A DNA stretch of 64,000 bases from an uncultured Planctomycetaceae bacterium. Lineage in GTDB: Bacteria > Planctomycetota > Planctomycetia > Planctomycetales > Planctomycetaceae. The position numbers were made by a program, and so were the translations under genes. The DNA lies in assembly GCA_963815195.1 (NCBI GenBank), contig CAWFGE010000020.1, positions 288,001 through 352,000 of the forward strand, written 5' to 3'. The notes beneath the pieces are model-generated. The model was not told the DNA's origin. It saw only the letters and a program-made list of their open reading frames with translations, and ran no database searches. Below, one piece after another: positions 25,815-35,271 of this stretch. Position 1 is the stretch's first letter. Each line of letters begins with the position of its first letter.

Positions 25815-26840
25815 TCACTGAGCTTTGCGTTTGATGTTGAAGTCGCCCGCGATGTTTCGCCACATCGAGTGCACGTGGTTGGCGTCGTTCTGGGTGTTGT
25901 TGTATTCGATGATGAACGTCTCGCCCTGCACGCGATAGTAATGCCGCTCGTTGCGTTCGCTGCTGCCCCACCACGCGAAATAGGTGTTGTCCAAGCCGGA
26001 GCGGTTGATGCGGTCCCGGCGTTCGGCTTCCACGTCGGCGGGCATGTTTTTGAGGTATTCCGAAAGGAGTTCGCGGAGCAGCTTCTTCTGGTCGCTGCTC
26101 ATTTTGGAGACGGGCAAGCCGACGGCTTGGGTGACGACCGGCTGGGCTTCGCCGCCGCCCCGCAGGTCGTCGGGGGCCTCTTTACTTTGCCAGGCGAGCT
26201 TTTGCTGCTCTTCGCTACAGAGCTTAAGGATTTGCCGGGCGAGATCTTCTTCGGTGCCCAAAACGCGGATCGACCGGCCGGGGCCCGCGTCGATGAACGC
26301 GGGATTGGCTCCGAAGAACTCCGGCGTGCTGGAGACGACCTTCCCGTCCGTGATCGTATAATTCAATGAGATGTGATGCCCTTCCACCCGCCAGCCCCAG
26401 GTGCCGGCGTTCGCAGGCTCGCCGAAGATGCTGAGATAGTATTTTTGCGGATCGCGTTTCTCCCGCCGTTCTTCGCGGTTGCCTTCTTCCAGGAGGTAGA
26501 GCACTTCTTCCAGGCTCATAATGTCCAGGGCCTGATCGTACCCCGCTTCGGAAAGGCCGGTGGCAATCAAGGTCTTGGCGCGTTTCTTGTCGGCATCGGA
26601 AAGATCCTTGAGCGGAAGCCCTTTGCGTTCGCGGGGAATGAAGTGCCAGTTCAAGCGTTCTTTGTCGCCATAGGCGAAGGTGGCTTGCTGGTTTTGCTTT
26701 TCGGGAAGTTGCTCGAGGAAGGCCTGGGCTGCTTTGGCCATTTTTGTGCCCGAGGGCGTTTCCTGATTCTGCCGGGCGGCCAACAGCGCCCCCATCGTGA
26801 TCACCACCACAGCCGCCAGTCCCAATTTTTTTCCGTGCAT
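25815..26840 (-). CDS. DUF3500 domain secreted protein
   Basis: Signal peptide; WHFIPRERKGL, WGWRVEGHHISLN and ANHVHSMWR motifs. Confidence 0.85.
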   Translation of the reverse strand: MHGKKLGLAAVVVITMGALLAARQNQETPSGTKMAKAAQAFLEQLPEKQNQQATFAYGDKERLNWHFIPRERKGLPLKDLSDADKKRAKTLIATGLSEAGYDQALDIMSLEEVLYLLEEGNREERREKRDPQKYYLSIFGEPANAGTWGWRVEGHHISLNYTITDGKVVSSTPEFFGANPAFIDAGPGRSIRVLGTEEDLARQILKLCSEEQQKLAWQSKEAPDDLRGGGEAQPVVTQAVGLPVSKMSSDQKKLLRELLSEYLKNMPADVEAERRDRINRSGLDNTYFAWWGSSERNERHYYRVQGETFIIEYNNTQNDANHVHSMWRNIAGDFNIKRKAQ

Positions 26841-26959
26841 CTCGGGTTCCTTTATCTCAGATAATCAATAGAGGTTGTTTTAGTCGAGGAATGATCCCGT
26901 CTTACCTTTCATCAAAACCGGCGGCTAGCGCCTACCGCTCTGATTCGAGAATTCGGCCG

Positions 26960-27307
26960 CTAGCCCGGCGGCCAACCGAGCGGGCGGCCACCCAGTACGT
27001 GAATGTGCAAATGATCGACGCTCTGCCCGCCGTCGGGACCGCAGTTGAGAACGGTGCGATAACCGTTCGAGAGCCCTTCCTGCTCGGCCACGTTGCGGGC
27101 GACAATCAGCAAATGTCCCAAGAGGGCCGCATCGCTTTCCTGGGCTTCGGCGAGGTTGACGATTTCATTTTTGGGAATGATCAAAACGTGCGTGGGCGCC
27201 TGCGGATTGACGTCCCGGATCGCGAGGCATTTGTCATCCTCGAACACAATATTGGCGGGGATTTCCTTGTCGATGATTTTTTTGAAGATCGTCTTCTCGC
27301 CGGACAT
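26960..27307 (-). CDS. Histidine triad (HIT) nucleotide-binding protein
   Basis: [24 protein letters not shown] triad, [10 protein letters not shown]. Confidence 0.95.
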   Translation of the reverse strand: MSGEKTIFKKIIDKEIPANIVFEDDKCLAIRDVNPQAPTHVLIIPKNEIVNLAEAQESDAALLGHLLIVARNVAEQEGLSNGYRTVLNCGPDGGQSVDHLHIHVLGGRPLGWPPG

Positions 27308-27341
27308 TTCGCCTCCGGGGATCCTGTTGCAATGTTTTTTC

Positions 27342-27409
27342 ATCAGCCGGCACGCGTTCGCGTCCAGTTGTTTCGATCGATGAACCGGGGCTAGCGCCCA
27401 GCGGCTAAT
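27342..27409. repeat. REP-like doublet of the same family as 25481-25615
   Basis: ATCAGCCGGCACGCGTTCGCGTCCAGTT followed by GAACCGGGGCTAGCGCCCAGCGGCTAAT. Confidence 0.8.
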
Positions 27410-27462
27410 TTACTGCGACAACGATTTCGCGTATCTTACAGGAAAGGTCTGCGGTTCCCAAG

Positions 27463-28227
27463 TCAGCCGCCCAAGGGCCGGAGCAGCACACCCACCACGT
27501 AGGCCAGGATCGCGGCTCCGCCACCGATGAACAGCGTTTCCAAGCCGGCCCGCCACCAGCTTGCAGCGACGTGCCGGGACTTCATCGCCCCGATGCCGAA
27601 AAACGCGAAAGCTGTCAACACCGAACTGCTCGCGAACAAAACTTGCTGCGGCTGCGCGGACCAGACGGGGATGATAAACGGCAACAACGGCAACAGCCCC
27701 ACCGCCACGAACGCGAAAAACGTCACCAGGGCGGCTTTCATCGGCGAAGGCGTCACCCCGGACAGCCCCCATTCCTCGCGGAGCATGGTTTCCACCCAGA
27801 GCTTGCGGTCGCTGATGATGACCTCCGTCACGCGATCGAGCAGTTCCCCCTCGAAGCCTTTCTGGTGAAAGATTTCGCGGATTTCGCGGGCTTCGCCAGC
27901 GGGAACGCGATCGATGTGGCGTTCTTCAATCCGCCGCGCCCGCTTGCGAAGCTCCAGATCGGACTTGGTGCCCAGGTAATTGCTGACCGCCATGCTGAAC
28001 CCGTCCGCCACCAGATTGCAGAAGCCCAGAATCACGACAACGACGCTGGAAAGCTCCGCGCCCACGGCTCCCGCGACCACGGCGAAAGTTGTGACGCAGC
28101 CGTCGATCGCCCCGTACACAAAATCCCGCACGAAGTTTTGCACCGGCGCCGTCGAGAGCCGATCCGCCACCGCTTCCGCCGTGTGCTCGGATTCGAGCGC
28201 TACCAGATCGGGTTCGGAGTCGGACAT
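27463..28227 (-). CDS. VIT1/CCC1 family Fe/Mn transporter
   Basis: RDFVYGAIDGCVTTFAVVAG and NLVADGFSMAVSNYL motifs. Confidence 0.93.
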   Translation of the reverse strand: MSDSEPDLVALESEHTAEAVADRLSTAPVQNFVRDFVYGAIDGCVTTFAVVAGAVGAELSSVVVVILGFCNLVADGFSMAVSNYLGTKSDLELRKRARRIEERHIDRVPAGEAREIREIFHQKGFEGELLDRVTEVIISDRKLWVETMLREEWGLSGVTPSPMKAALVTFFAFVAVGLLPLLPFIIPVWSAQPQQVLFASSSVLTAFAFFGIGAMKSRHVAASWWRAGLETLFIGGGAAILAYVVGVLLRPLGG

Positions 28228-28312
28228 GATTCAGCCCAAAATGGCGAAGAGCCAAGAGCCAATCCAAGATGCGTTCCGGCTCTTGGCTCTCCGCTCTTGG
28301 TTCTCCGCTTTT

Positions 28313-29965
28313 CTACAAGGTCGGGATCACTTCGTGCTCATCGATGTACCAGTCGCCGACCGGGTAGTTGCGGAAGCGGATTGTGTAGTTTTCCTCGAAC
28401 CAGTTTTGAATGTCGGGCACGGCGTCTTCATCGTAACGCGGGGCGACGTGCAGCAGTTTGCCGTCCACCGGCGACCGGATTTCGCCGTCTTCGACCACGA
28501 CTTCGCCCGCCCGCAGCACATAGCGGGGGATCGAGAACATCTTTTGATAGTCGCGGTCCTTTTGATAAATCGTGATGTCCGCATCGGCCCCCGGCCCCAG
28601 ATGGCCTTTGTGTTTTAAGCCCAACATCCGCGCGGGGGCGGCACGGGTGATGATCGCGATTTCGTTCAGCGTATATTCGCGGTCCAAGTCGGCAAGAGTG
28701 CACCGCTCGCGGACTTTCGCGGGCACCCGGCTGAGCATTTCCTCCCGGCGACTGCGGTCCATCAACAGGGCGATGATTTCGGGATAGGCCAGAAACGAGC
28801 TGCCGTTGGGATGGTCGGTGCTCATCGCGATCCGCCAGGGATCCTGCATCAAAAGATACCACTCCAACCCGATCGCCCATTGGAGGGCATGCACCAGGGA
28901 CTTGTTTTTGTAAGTGATGGGGACGATGCCGCAGCCGGTTTCCATTTCGGTGTCGCCGCTGAACCACTTCCGGCCCATGACCTTGTGCAGAAAATATCCC
29001 AAGGGCCCGTCGCCGGTCATTGAAACCGTGTCGCCGAACATCACTTGCCCGACATCCACGGTGAGGTTCGGTTGGGAGTGGAGGTACTCGACGAGCGCCG
29101 GGACTTCGGAGCGGAACGTGGATTGATCGTCCGCATCGCCGCCGTAGCTGTGGAATTGGATGTGCGTGATGTGCCCCCGCCGGCCTTCGAGAGCCTTCAT
29201 GGTTTCCAAGGTCGTCCGCCAGTTGCCGGGGATGCCCAGGTTGTTGCAGTGAATGTGTACAGGGTGCGGCAAGCCCAACTCGCCCGCCGCCTGCGCGACG
29301 CCGGTGATGATCTGCCGGGGCGTGACGTCAAAATGCTGCACGTGATCGTCCAGCCCGTGGGCGTTGCCGCCGCCGGATTTCCAGACTTCGACGCCGCCCG
29401 GATTCACAAGTTTGCACGCATAACCCTTGGCGGCATTTAAGAGCCACGCGACGTAATTGCGGAGCCGTTCCGGTTCGTTCGCGTGGAGTTGTTTCATCAC
29501 GTAGTGATTGTTGCCCATCAAGACATAAAAGCCTTTGTCGATGATGGGCGTATCGTGCAGTTCTTCGTGGGCGTGCCGGGCCATGAGCGGCGGAATGGCG
29601 GCATCGAAGGCGGTGGTGTAACCGAGCCCGGCATACAAATAGCCGGTCGCGAAGGTGCTGGGCACGCTGCCGCCGGTGCCCGATCGCGTGAGAGCCGTTC
29701 GCATGACCGGTTTGGCGATGCGTTTTTCGTCCGGCATCATTTTGCGGGCGGTGTTGACCTTGGGGCCGGCGATGTGGCAGTGCATGTCCACGCCGCCGGG
29801 CATGACGATCATCCCCGTCGCATCGATCGTCTTGTCGGGGCGGACGGCGGGATCTTCGGGGTCCGCGACGATGCGGCCGTCCTCGATCCATACATCCCGA
29901 ATTTTTCCGTCGATTCCATGCAGGGGGTCATAAACGATCCCCGATTTCACGCACAAAAGGCTCAT
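28313..29965 (-). CDS. fwdA: Formylmethanofuran dehydrogenase / formyltransferase-hydrolase subunit A (amidohydrolase)
   Basis: PGGVDMHCHIAGPKVN, KLVNPGG, HIHCNNLG, HIQFHSYG and STDHPNG motifs. Confidence 0.95.
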   Translation of the reverse strand: MSLLCVKSGIVYDPLHGIDGKIRDVWIEDGRIVADPEDPAVRPDKTIDATGMIVMPGGVDMHCHIAGPKVNTARKMMPDEKRIAKPVMRTALTRSGTGGSVPSTFATGYLYAGLGYTTAFDAAIPPLMARHAHEELHDTPIIDKGFYVLMGNNHYVMKQLHANEPERLRNYVAWLLNAAKGYACKLVNPGGVEVWKSGGGNAHGLDDHVQHFDVTPRQIITGVAQAAGELGLPHPVHIHCNNLGIPGNWRTTLETMKALEGRRGHITHIQFHSYGGDADDQSTFRSEVPALVEYLHSQPNLTVDVGQVMFGDTVSMTGDGPLGYFLHKVMGRKWFSGDTEMETGCGIVPITYKNKSLVHALQWAIGLEWYLLMQDPWRIAMSTDHPNGSSFLAYPEIIALLMDRSRREEMLSRVPAKVRERCTLADLDREYTLNEIAIITRAAPARMLGLKHKGHLGPGADADITIYQKDRDYQKMFSIPRYVLRAGEVVVEDGEIRSPVDGKLLHVAPRYDEDAVPDIQNWFEENYTIRFRNYPVGDWYIDEHEVIPTL

Positions 29966-30080
29966 CAGTCGGCTCGTCTTGGAGTGGTTCAATCGTTTTC
30001 CGTCAGTCTAATGAACCCGGCGGAGAAAGAGAAACCCACTCCATTTCGACAGCCTTCGATAAGCGGAATCCCCTTGGCGT

Positions 30081-30278
30081 TCAACGGGCTTTGAGACGGA
30101 ACGTTTTGGGTTCGGGTGAGGAGATGAGCACGGGGCCGTCTGGGGAATGGATCGGCTCGCCGGGGCCATCATCCAGGCGGAAGTGGACTTCCGAACCCTC
30201 GATGTCGATCACCGTCACGGTGCGATCGCCGATCACCAAAACATCACCCACGGACAGTTCCACTGTGATTTCCGGCAC
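30081..30278 (-). CDS. Small CsrA-fold-like protein
   Basis: VGDVLVIGDRTVTVIDIEGSEVHFRL resembles the CsrA beta-strand pattern; GTG start after GGAGAA. Confidence 0.45.
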   Translation of the reverse strand: MPEITVELSVGDVLVIGDRTVTVIDIEGSEVHFRLDDGPGEPIHSPDGPVLISSPEPKTFRLKAR

Positions 30279-30592
30279 GGGAATTCTCCAAGCAGTGCGA
30301 AAAAATCCAGGCAATGTGCGGCCCGTGGTGTCACGGTCGGCTCCCAGCCAAATGCCGCGCGGCCCGGTGGCGGGGCGGGGTTATAGCATGTGACGAAAAT
30401 TGAGGCAAAGTGGATTCCGAGATTTCCCGAGCTTTTCGGATTTAACGCCAATCGCCATAATCTTCTGGGGCCGATCCGCGCGACTTTGAGTTCGGATTCG
30501 AAGCGGTTTGGTCCCTGGGAATGATCAGCCGGCTTACGCCGGCCGCTCGCCTTGGCATCAGAAAAATCCAAAACCAGCGGAAGGGAATCCCG

Positions 30593-31561
30593 ATGCAGCC
30601 GTTGACCTTTGCTCCCATCCTCAAACGCATCCGCTGGGGCGGCCGCCGGCTGGGAACGCTCCTGGGCAAACCGCTCGGCCCCGAAGCCGACTATGCGGAA
30701 AGCTGGGAAATCGCCGATCACGGGGACGATCAAAGCCTCGTCGCCGCTGGAGCATTCGCCGGTTGGCCGCTCAACAAACTGGTGGAGGAATGCGGAGAGG
30801 AACTCTTCGGCCATCATGCCGGGCGGAGGCAGTTTCCCCTCTTGATCAAGTTTCTGGACGCGAACGATCGGCTCTCGCTGCAGGTCCATCCCAATGATGT
30901 CCAGGCCAAAGAATTCGACGCGAACGAAAACGGAAAAACCGAAGCCTGGGTGATTGTCCACGCGGATCCGGGCAGCCGATTGTACGCGGGGCTGAAAGCC
31001 GGGGTGGACCGCGAAACCCTGCGGAAGCATCTCAACGAAAACCACCTGGACGAGTGCCTGCACGGTTTCGAAGTCTCGGCGGGCGACTGCGTATTCCTCC
31101 CCGCGGGCACGGTGCACGCGATCGGCGCGGGCATCGTGCTTGCGGAAATCCAGCAGTCGAGCAATATCACGTTTCGCCTCTCCGATTGGGGCCGACTGGG
31201 AACGGACGGCAAACCGCGCCCGTTACACATCAAGGAAGCCCTGTCCTGCATCGATTTCGAGCGAGGCCCCGTTTCACCCGTCATTCCCCAAAAACTTTAC
31301 ACCCGCACGGAAGAACTCGTCCGCTGCGACTACTTCGTCATGCACCGCCACCAAAGTGCCGAGCCGTTTTCGCTCCCCGTCGAGGACCGGTTCCATGTGC
31401 TGATGATGCTCGGCGGAGCCGCGGATTTGAGGACTGGAGGATTTTTGCGGGCGGTCGATTTGGGGCAGACCGTGTTAATCCCCGCGCATGGGGCGGATGT
31501 GGAAATCATTCCCCGCGGCGATTCGGGTGCGATCGTATTGGACGCTTTTTTGCCGGATTGA
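30593..31561 (+). CDS. Type I phosphomannose isomerase (cupin)
   Basis: WGGRRL, ESWEI, FPLLIKFLDA, LSLQVHP, GKTEAW, GTVHAIG and EIQQSS motifs. Confidence 0.93.
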   Translation: MQPLTFAPILKRIRWGGRRLGTLLGKPLGPEADYAESWEIADHGDDQSLVAAGAFAGWPLNKLVEECGEELFGHHAGRRQFPLLIKFLDANDRLSLQVHPNDVQAKEFDANENGKTEAWVIVHADPGSRLYAGLKAGVDRETLRKHLNENHLDECLHGFEVSAGDCVFLPAGTVHAIGAGIVLAEIQQSSNITFRLSDWGRLGTDGKPRPLHIKEALSCIDFERGPVSPVIPQKLYTRTEELVRCDYFVMHRHQSAEPFSLPVEDRFHVLMMLGGAADLRTGGFLRAVDLGQTVLIPAHGADVEIIPRGDSGAIVLDAFLPD

Positions 31562-31592
31562 CAACTTGCGGACGAAAAATCCACAAAAAACA

Positions 31593-31624
31593 AAAGCCGC
31601 AAACCTATTGAGGTTTACGGCTTT
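31593..31624. terminator. Hairpin between the convergent PMI gene and tRNA-Asp (likely terminator)
   Basis: AAAGCCGCAAACCT / AGGTTTACGGCTTT; the A-run on its left gives a U-tract on the minus strand. Confidence 0.7.
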
Positions 31625-31631
31625 CGTTTAG

Positions 31632-31705
<74 letters not shown>

Positions 31706-31716
31706 TTTCTCGCGAA

Positions 31717-31744
31717 ATTCTAACCTGGATTATCGGCCCGTCAA
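31717..31744 (-). promoter_or_regulatory. Putative sigma70 promoter for tRNA-Asp
   Basis: TTGACG-N16-TAGAAT on the minus strand, just upstream of the tRNA. Confidence 0.6.
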
Positions 31745-31849
31745 GTCGGCGGGTCTCTGCTTTCTCGACATTTTCCCACACTTCGCGGCGGATGGGCTTC
31801 TGGGCGTGGGGTGTGGGACGGTTAGGCTCTGTCCCGTGAATCCCTCATT

Positions 31850-31905
31850 AGCCCGAAGCGCGAGCGAGGGACCCGGAATAAAATCCCTCGCTGACGCTTC
31901 GGGCT
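31850..31905. repeat. REP-like inverted repeat pair
   Basis: AGCCCGAAGCGCGAGCGAGGGA / TCCCTCGCTGACGCTTCGGGCT. Confidence 0.75.
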
Positions 31906-31925
31906 GTTTCAGACGGGCGGGGTGG

Positions 31926-32858
31926 TCAAAACCAGATGCCGGCCCCGGCCATCGGGCCGTTGAAGTGGAGATCGCCGAGACGGTAGGAATCGTAGCCGAC
32001 ATACAGTTCGAACCGGAGAAGCTGGAAACCGAAGGTGCCGCGGTAATGCAGCAACTTGTCCCCGCTGATCTTGCCCCAATCGACCTCCGCGGAGACCAGG
32101 AATGGGCGTTTCAAAAACAGGTCGGCTCCGTAGGTCAGGTTGTAGCCCAGGTCGAAGTCTTTATCGTAAAACCACGCGGCTCCGAGGCCGCCGCGCATGG
32201 CGATGTATTGGGACCCCAGGCTGTAGACGAAGTTGGCATCGCCTGTCCAGAAGTCGCCCAGCGCTTGCGGGCGGGGGCGTTTATCCTGCCAGGAGTTCAC
32301 GCTGACGTCCACGCCGACGTGCCCGTTGAAACTCCACAAAAGCTGCCCGCGGATGCGTGTGAGATCGTCGAAGTCGTTTCCATACTCGCCCCGCAGCCGC
32401 CCGCGGGCCCCGAACAACGGCGGCGCACCTCCACGGACCAGCGTGACTCGATAATCCGCCGGGCCATCGCTAAAGGGCTGTGATTCCAGCCCGCCGTCGT
32501 CCGCGCGGACGACGATCGGCTCGACCAGGCGGAGCGGTGGCTCGGGTTCTTTCGTTTTGATGAGCGACTCGATTTTGCCCAAAAATCTCCAGCGATGAGC
32601 TTTGGGAGGCACAAGCGATACCGAGGCCGGGTCGATCGGTTCAAACATCGACCAGCGTTCGGACAGGAACTTTGGCCAGCCCCAGTACATCCGCGTTTCG
32701 ACGGCCGGGAATTCTTTCGACCACAGCGATTCCGCGGAAAACGGATCACTCTGAGGCGGATCGGCGTGGACGGCGGCCGCGGCCCATAGCGCGACGGCCA
32801 TCCACAAGCACAAAATTCGCCGCCACGCTGACCGGCGGAGGGAGTCACACAACGGCAT
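31926..32858 (-). CDS. Hypothetical exported protein, probable outer-membrane beta-barrel
   Basis: Signal peptide; alternating amphipathic strands; C-terminal aromatic GAGIWF. Confidence 0.6.
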   Translation of the reverse strand: MPLCDSLRRSAWRRILCLWMAVALWAAAAVHADPPQSDPFSAESLWSKEFPAVETRMYWGWPKFLSERWSMFEPIDPASVSLVPPKAHRWRFLGKIESLIKTKEPEPPLRLVEPIVVRADDGGLESQPFSDGPADYRVTLVRGGAPPLFGARGRLRGEYGNDFDDLTRIRGQLLWSFNGHVGVDVSVNSWQDKRPRPQALGDFWTGDANFVYSLGSQYIAMRGGLGAAWFYDKDFDLGYNLTYGADLFLKRPFLVSAEVDWGKISGDKLLHYRGTFGFQLLRFELYVGYDSYRLGDLHFNGPMAGAGIWF

Positions 32859-33336
32859 CGGTTGGGTGCCCTTCGGAGTTCTGAAGAGATATTAAGAAAG
32901 AAGCGAGTTTCGAAATCCAGCGCGGCTGGATCGGCGAGGAATTGGAGACGGTTTCGATGGATGAGAGAAGCGGAGAGGGCGGGAATGTATTTCAGATAGC
33001 AGCGGAGTGTCAATGGCGGGTCGAGAGCGGCGATTTGTAATTCCTACAATTCCGGGTCTCGTTTTGTCATTTTCCACGCCCGGCCACGCATGCGGTGCGA
33101 ACTCGATCGAATCCGGTATGGGGCGAATTCCCTGAAAATCCCGCTTGTTTCGGGGCAAAGGCACGGCGGGATCGGGATTCTCCGGCGTTCCTGGTCAGAA
33201 ATGGCATGGCATCTGCTTGGTTTTCGGCGGGGGCCAGGGAGATCCCCTTGCCGATGCGGTCCTCGCAACCGATAATGAAATTCCGCGGGATGGCTTTTCC
33301 ATCTCTGTTGAATCCTCAGTTGTCGGAGCGAAGAGC

Positions 33337-33726
33337 GTGGCGAGGGGTGGCCGCAAGGATCTGGACGATCTCTTCCAAAACTTCACTGAATCCGGATTGC
33401 TGATTCTGGGACTGGTGTTGGTGGTCGCGCTTGGGATTTGGGTCATTTCACGGATTCGATCCCGTTTGGCCGATGATGAGGGTTCTCAGGCGGGCGATCA
33501 CCGATTGTTGTCGCAATTGGCAGATCTGCACGAGCAAGGTGACCTGACGGAAGAAGAATACCGATCCATCAAAGGTCGGTTGGTAGAATGTATCGACGAC
33601 TCTATGCCCGCCAAGGGGGAGACTCCTCCCAGCCTCCACGCTTCCCAAACCGCCAAATCGAAGGATGCGGCCGAATGGGAAACCGGAGGGGAGGAATCCA
33701 AACCGCGGGACGCATCGGGCGGTTGA
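33337..33726 (+). CDS. Small membrane protein with a SHOCT-like motif (start uncertain)
   Basis: One TM helix, then LADLHEQGDLTEEEYRSIKGRL. Confidence 0.6.
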   Translation: MARGGRKDLDDLFQNFTESGLLILGLVLVVALGIWVISRIRSRLADDEGSQAGDHRLLSQLADLHEQGDLTEEEYRSIKGRLVECIDDSMPAKGETPPSLHASQTAKSKDAAEWETGGEESKPRDASGG

Positions 33727-33898
33727 GCGCATCCATGCCGGCATTCAACTCGTCCGCGTCCGTTTCCGTGCCAGGCGCAGTCCGTTGGCGGGGAGTCAGC
33801 AGCAGTGAGGCCGTGGATTTAGGGTTTGCAGGGATGCGAACAAGGAACGGAGAGGACTTTTATTCCCCTGGCACAATCGGCAACGATGAAGGAAACGC

Positions 33899-35176
33899 AT
33901 GCCCTCCAATAACGACTTCAATCCCGGGAAACGCGGCTCAGGCAAAAAGAACGCCAACTGTTCCTTTTGCCGCAAAAGCTACCGAGAGGTCGGCCCGCTG
34001 GTCGAAGGACCAGACGACGTTTACATCTGCGGCGAATGCATCGAACTCTGCCAGTCCATCCTGGACCAGGAACGCAGACGCCGCGGACCGGCCAAACAAC
34101 TCTTCACCCAAGTCCCCACTCCGCGGGAAATCGTCACCCATCTCAACGACTACGTCATCGGCCAGGAGCACACCAAGAAAGTGCTCGCGGTCGCCGTCCA
34201 CAACCACTACAAACGCTTGATGCTCCGCGAAGATTCCAGCAGCGACGTGGAGATCGAAAAGTCCAACATCCTGTTTATCGGACCCACCGGCTGCGGGAAA
34301 ACCCTGCTGGCCCGCACATTGGCCCGGTATCTTCAGGTCCCGTTTGCCATCGGCGACGCCACGACGCTCACCGAAGCCGGCTACGTCGGCGAGGATGTGG
34401 AAAACCTGCTTTTGAAGCTCCTTCACGCCGCGGACTTCGACATCGAATCCGCCCAGCGCGGGATCTTGTTCATCGATGAAATCGACAAGATCGGCAAGAC
34501 CAGCCAGAACGTCTCGATCACCCGCGACGTGTCCGGCGAAGGCGTGCAGCAGGCCCTTCTGAAAATGCTCGAAGGCACCGTCGCCAACGTCCCGCCCCAA
34601 GGCGGCCGCAAGCATCCCGAGCAGCAATACATCCAGATCGACACGACCAACATCCTGTTCATCTGCGGCGGCACGTTTGTGGGCCTCGAAGACATTATCG
34701 CCAAACGGCTGGGCAAGAAGACGATCGGCTTCGGGCCGTCGGTCGGCGATTCGATGGCCGCCCGCGACCGCGAATTGCTTTCCCAAGCCGCGGTCGACGA
34801 TGTCCTCGAGTTCGGGTTGATTCCCGAACTCGTCGGCCGGCTGCCGGTGATCAGCGCCCTCACGCAGCTTTCCGTGGAGGATCTCGTTCGCATCCTGACG
34901 GAACCGAAGAACTCCCTCGTTCGGCAATATCAGAAATTCTTCGAGATGGAAGGGGCCGAACTGGACTTCACCGAAGGGGCCCTCCGGGAAATCGCCGAAA
35001 TCGCCAAACGCAAAGAAACCGGTGCCCGCGGCCTCCGCAGCGTGGTCGAAGAGACCATGTTCGAATTGATGTACGAACTCCCCGAGCAGGAAGCCGGCCG
35101 GAAATATGTGCTCACCCGCGAAATGATTCGCGGCGAGGAATCCATCTTCCCCAAGGGCGACTCCGCCGCCGCGTAG
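33899..35176 (+). CDS. clpX: ATP-dependent Clp protease ATP-binding subunit ClpX
   Basis: CSFC...CGEC zinc finger, [27 protein letters not shown] loop, GARGLR. Confidence 0.98.
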   Translation: MPSNNDFNPGKRGSGKKNANCSFCRKSYREVGPLVEGPDDVYICGECIELCQSILDQERRRRGPAKQLFTQVPTPREIVTHLNDYVIGQEHTKKVLAVAVHNHYKRLMLREDSSSDVEIEKSNILFIGPTGCGKTLLARTLARYLQVPFAIGDATTLTEAGYVGEDVENLLLKLLHAADFDIESAQRGILFIDEIDKIGKTSQNVSITRDVSGEGVQQALLKMLEGTVANVPPQGGRKHPEQQYIQIDTTNILFICGGTFVGLEDIIAKRLGKKTIGFGPSVGDSMAARDRELLSQAAVDDVLEFGLIPELVGRLPVISALTQLSVEDLVRILTEPKNSLVRQYQKFFEMEGAELDFTEGALREIAEIAKRKETGARGLRSVVEETMFELMYELPEQEAGRKYVLTREMIRGEESIFPKGDSAAA

Positions 35177-35203
35177 TGCCTTCCTCGTTCGATTCCCTAT
35201 AAT

Positions 35204-35254
35204 AACCAGGACACGAAGTCGCCAAAGGCTTCGTGTCCTGGTTTTTGTTTTTTT
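35204..35254 (+). terminator. Rho-independent terminator after clpX
   Basis: AACCAGGACACGAAG / CTTCGTGTCCTGGTT stem followed by a long T-tract. Confidence 0.75.
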
Positions 35255-35271
35255 CTCCATCGGGAAGCAGG

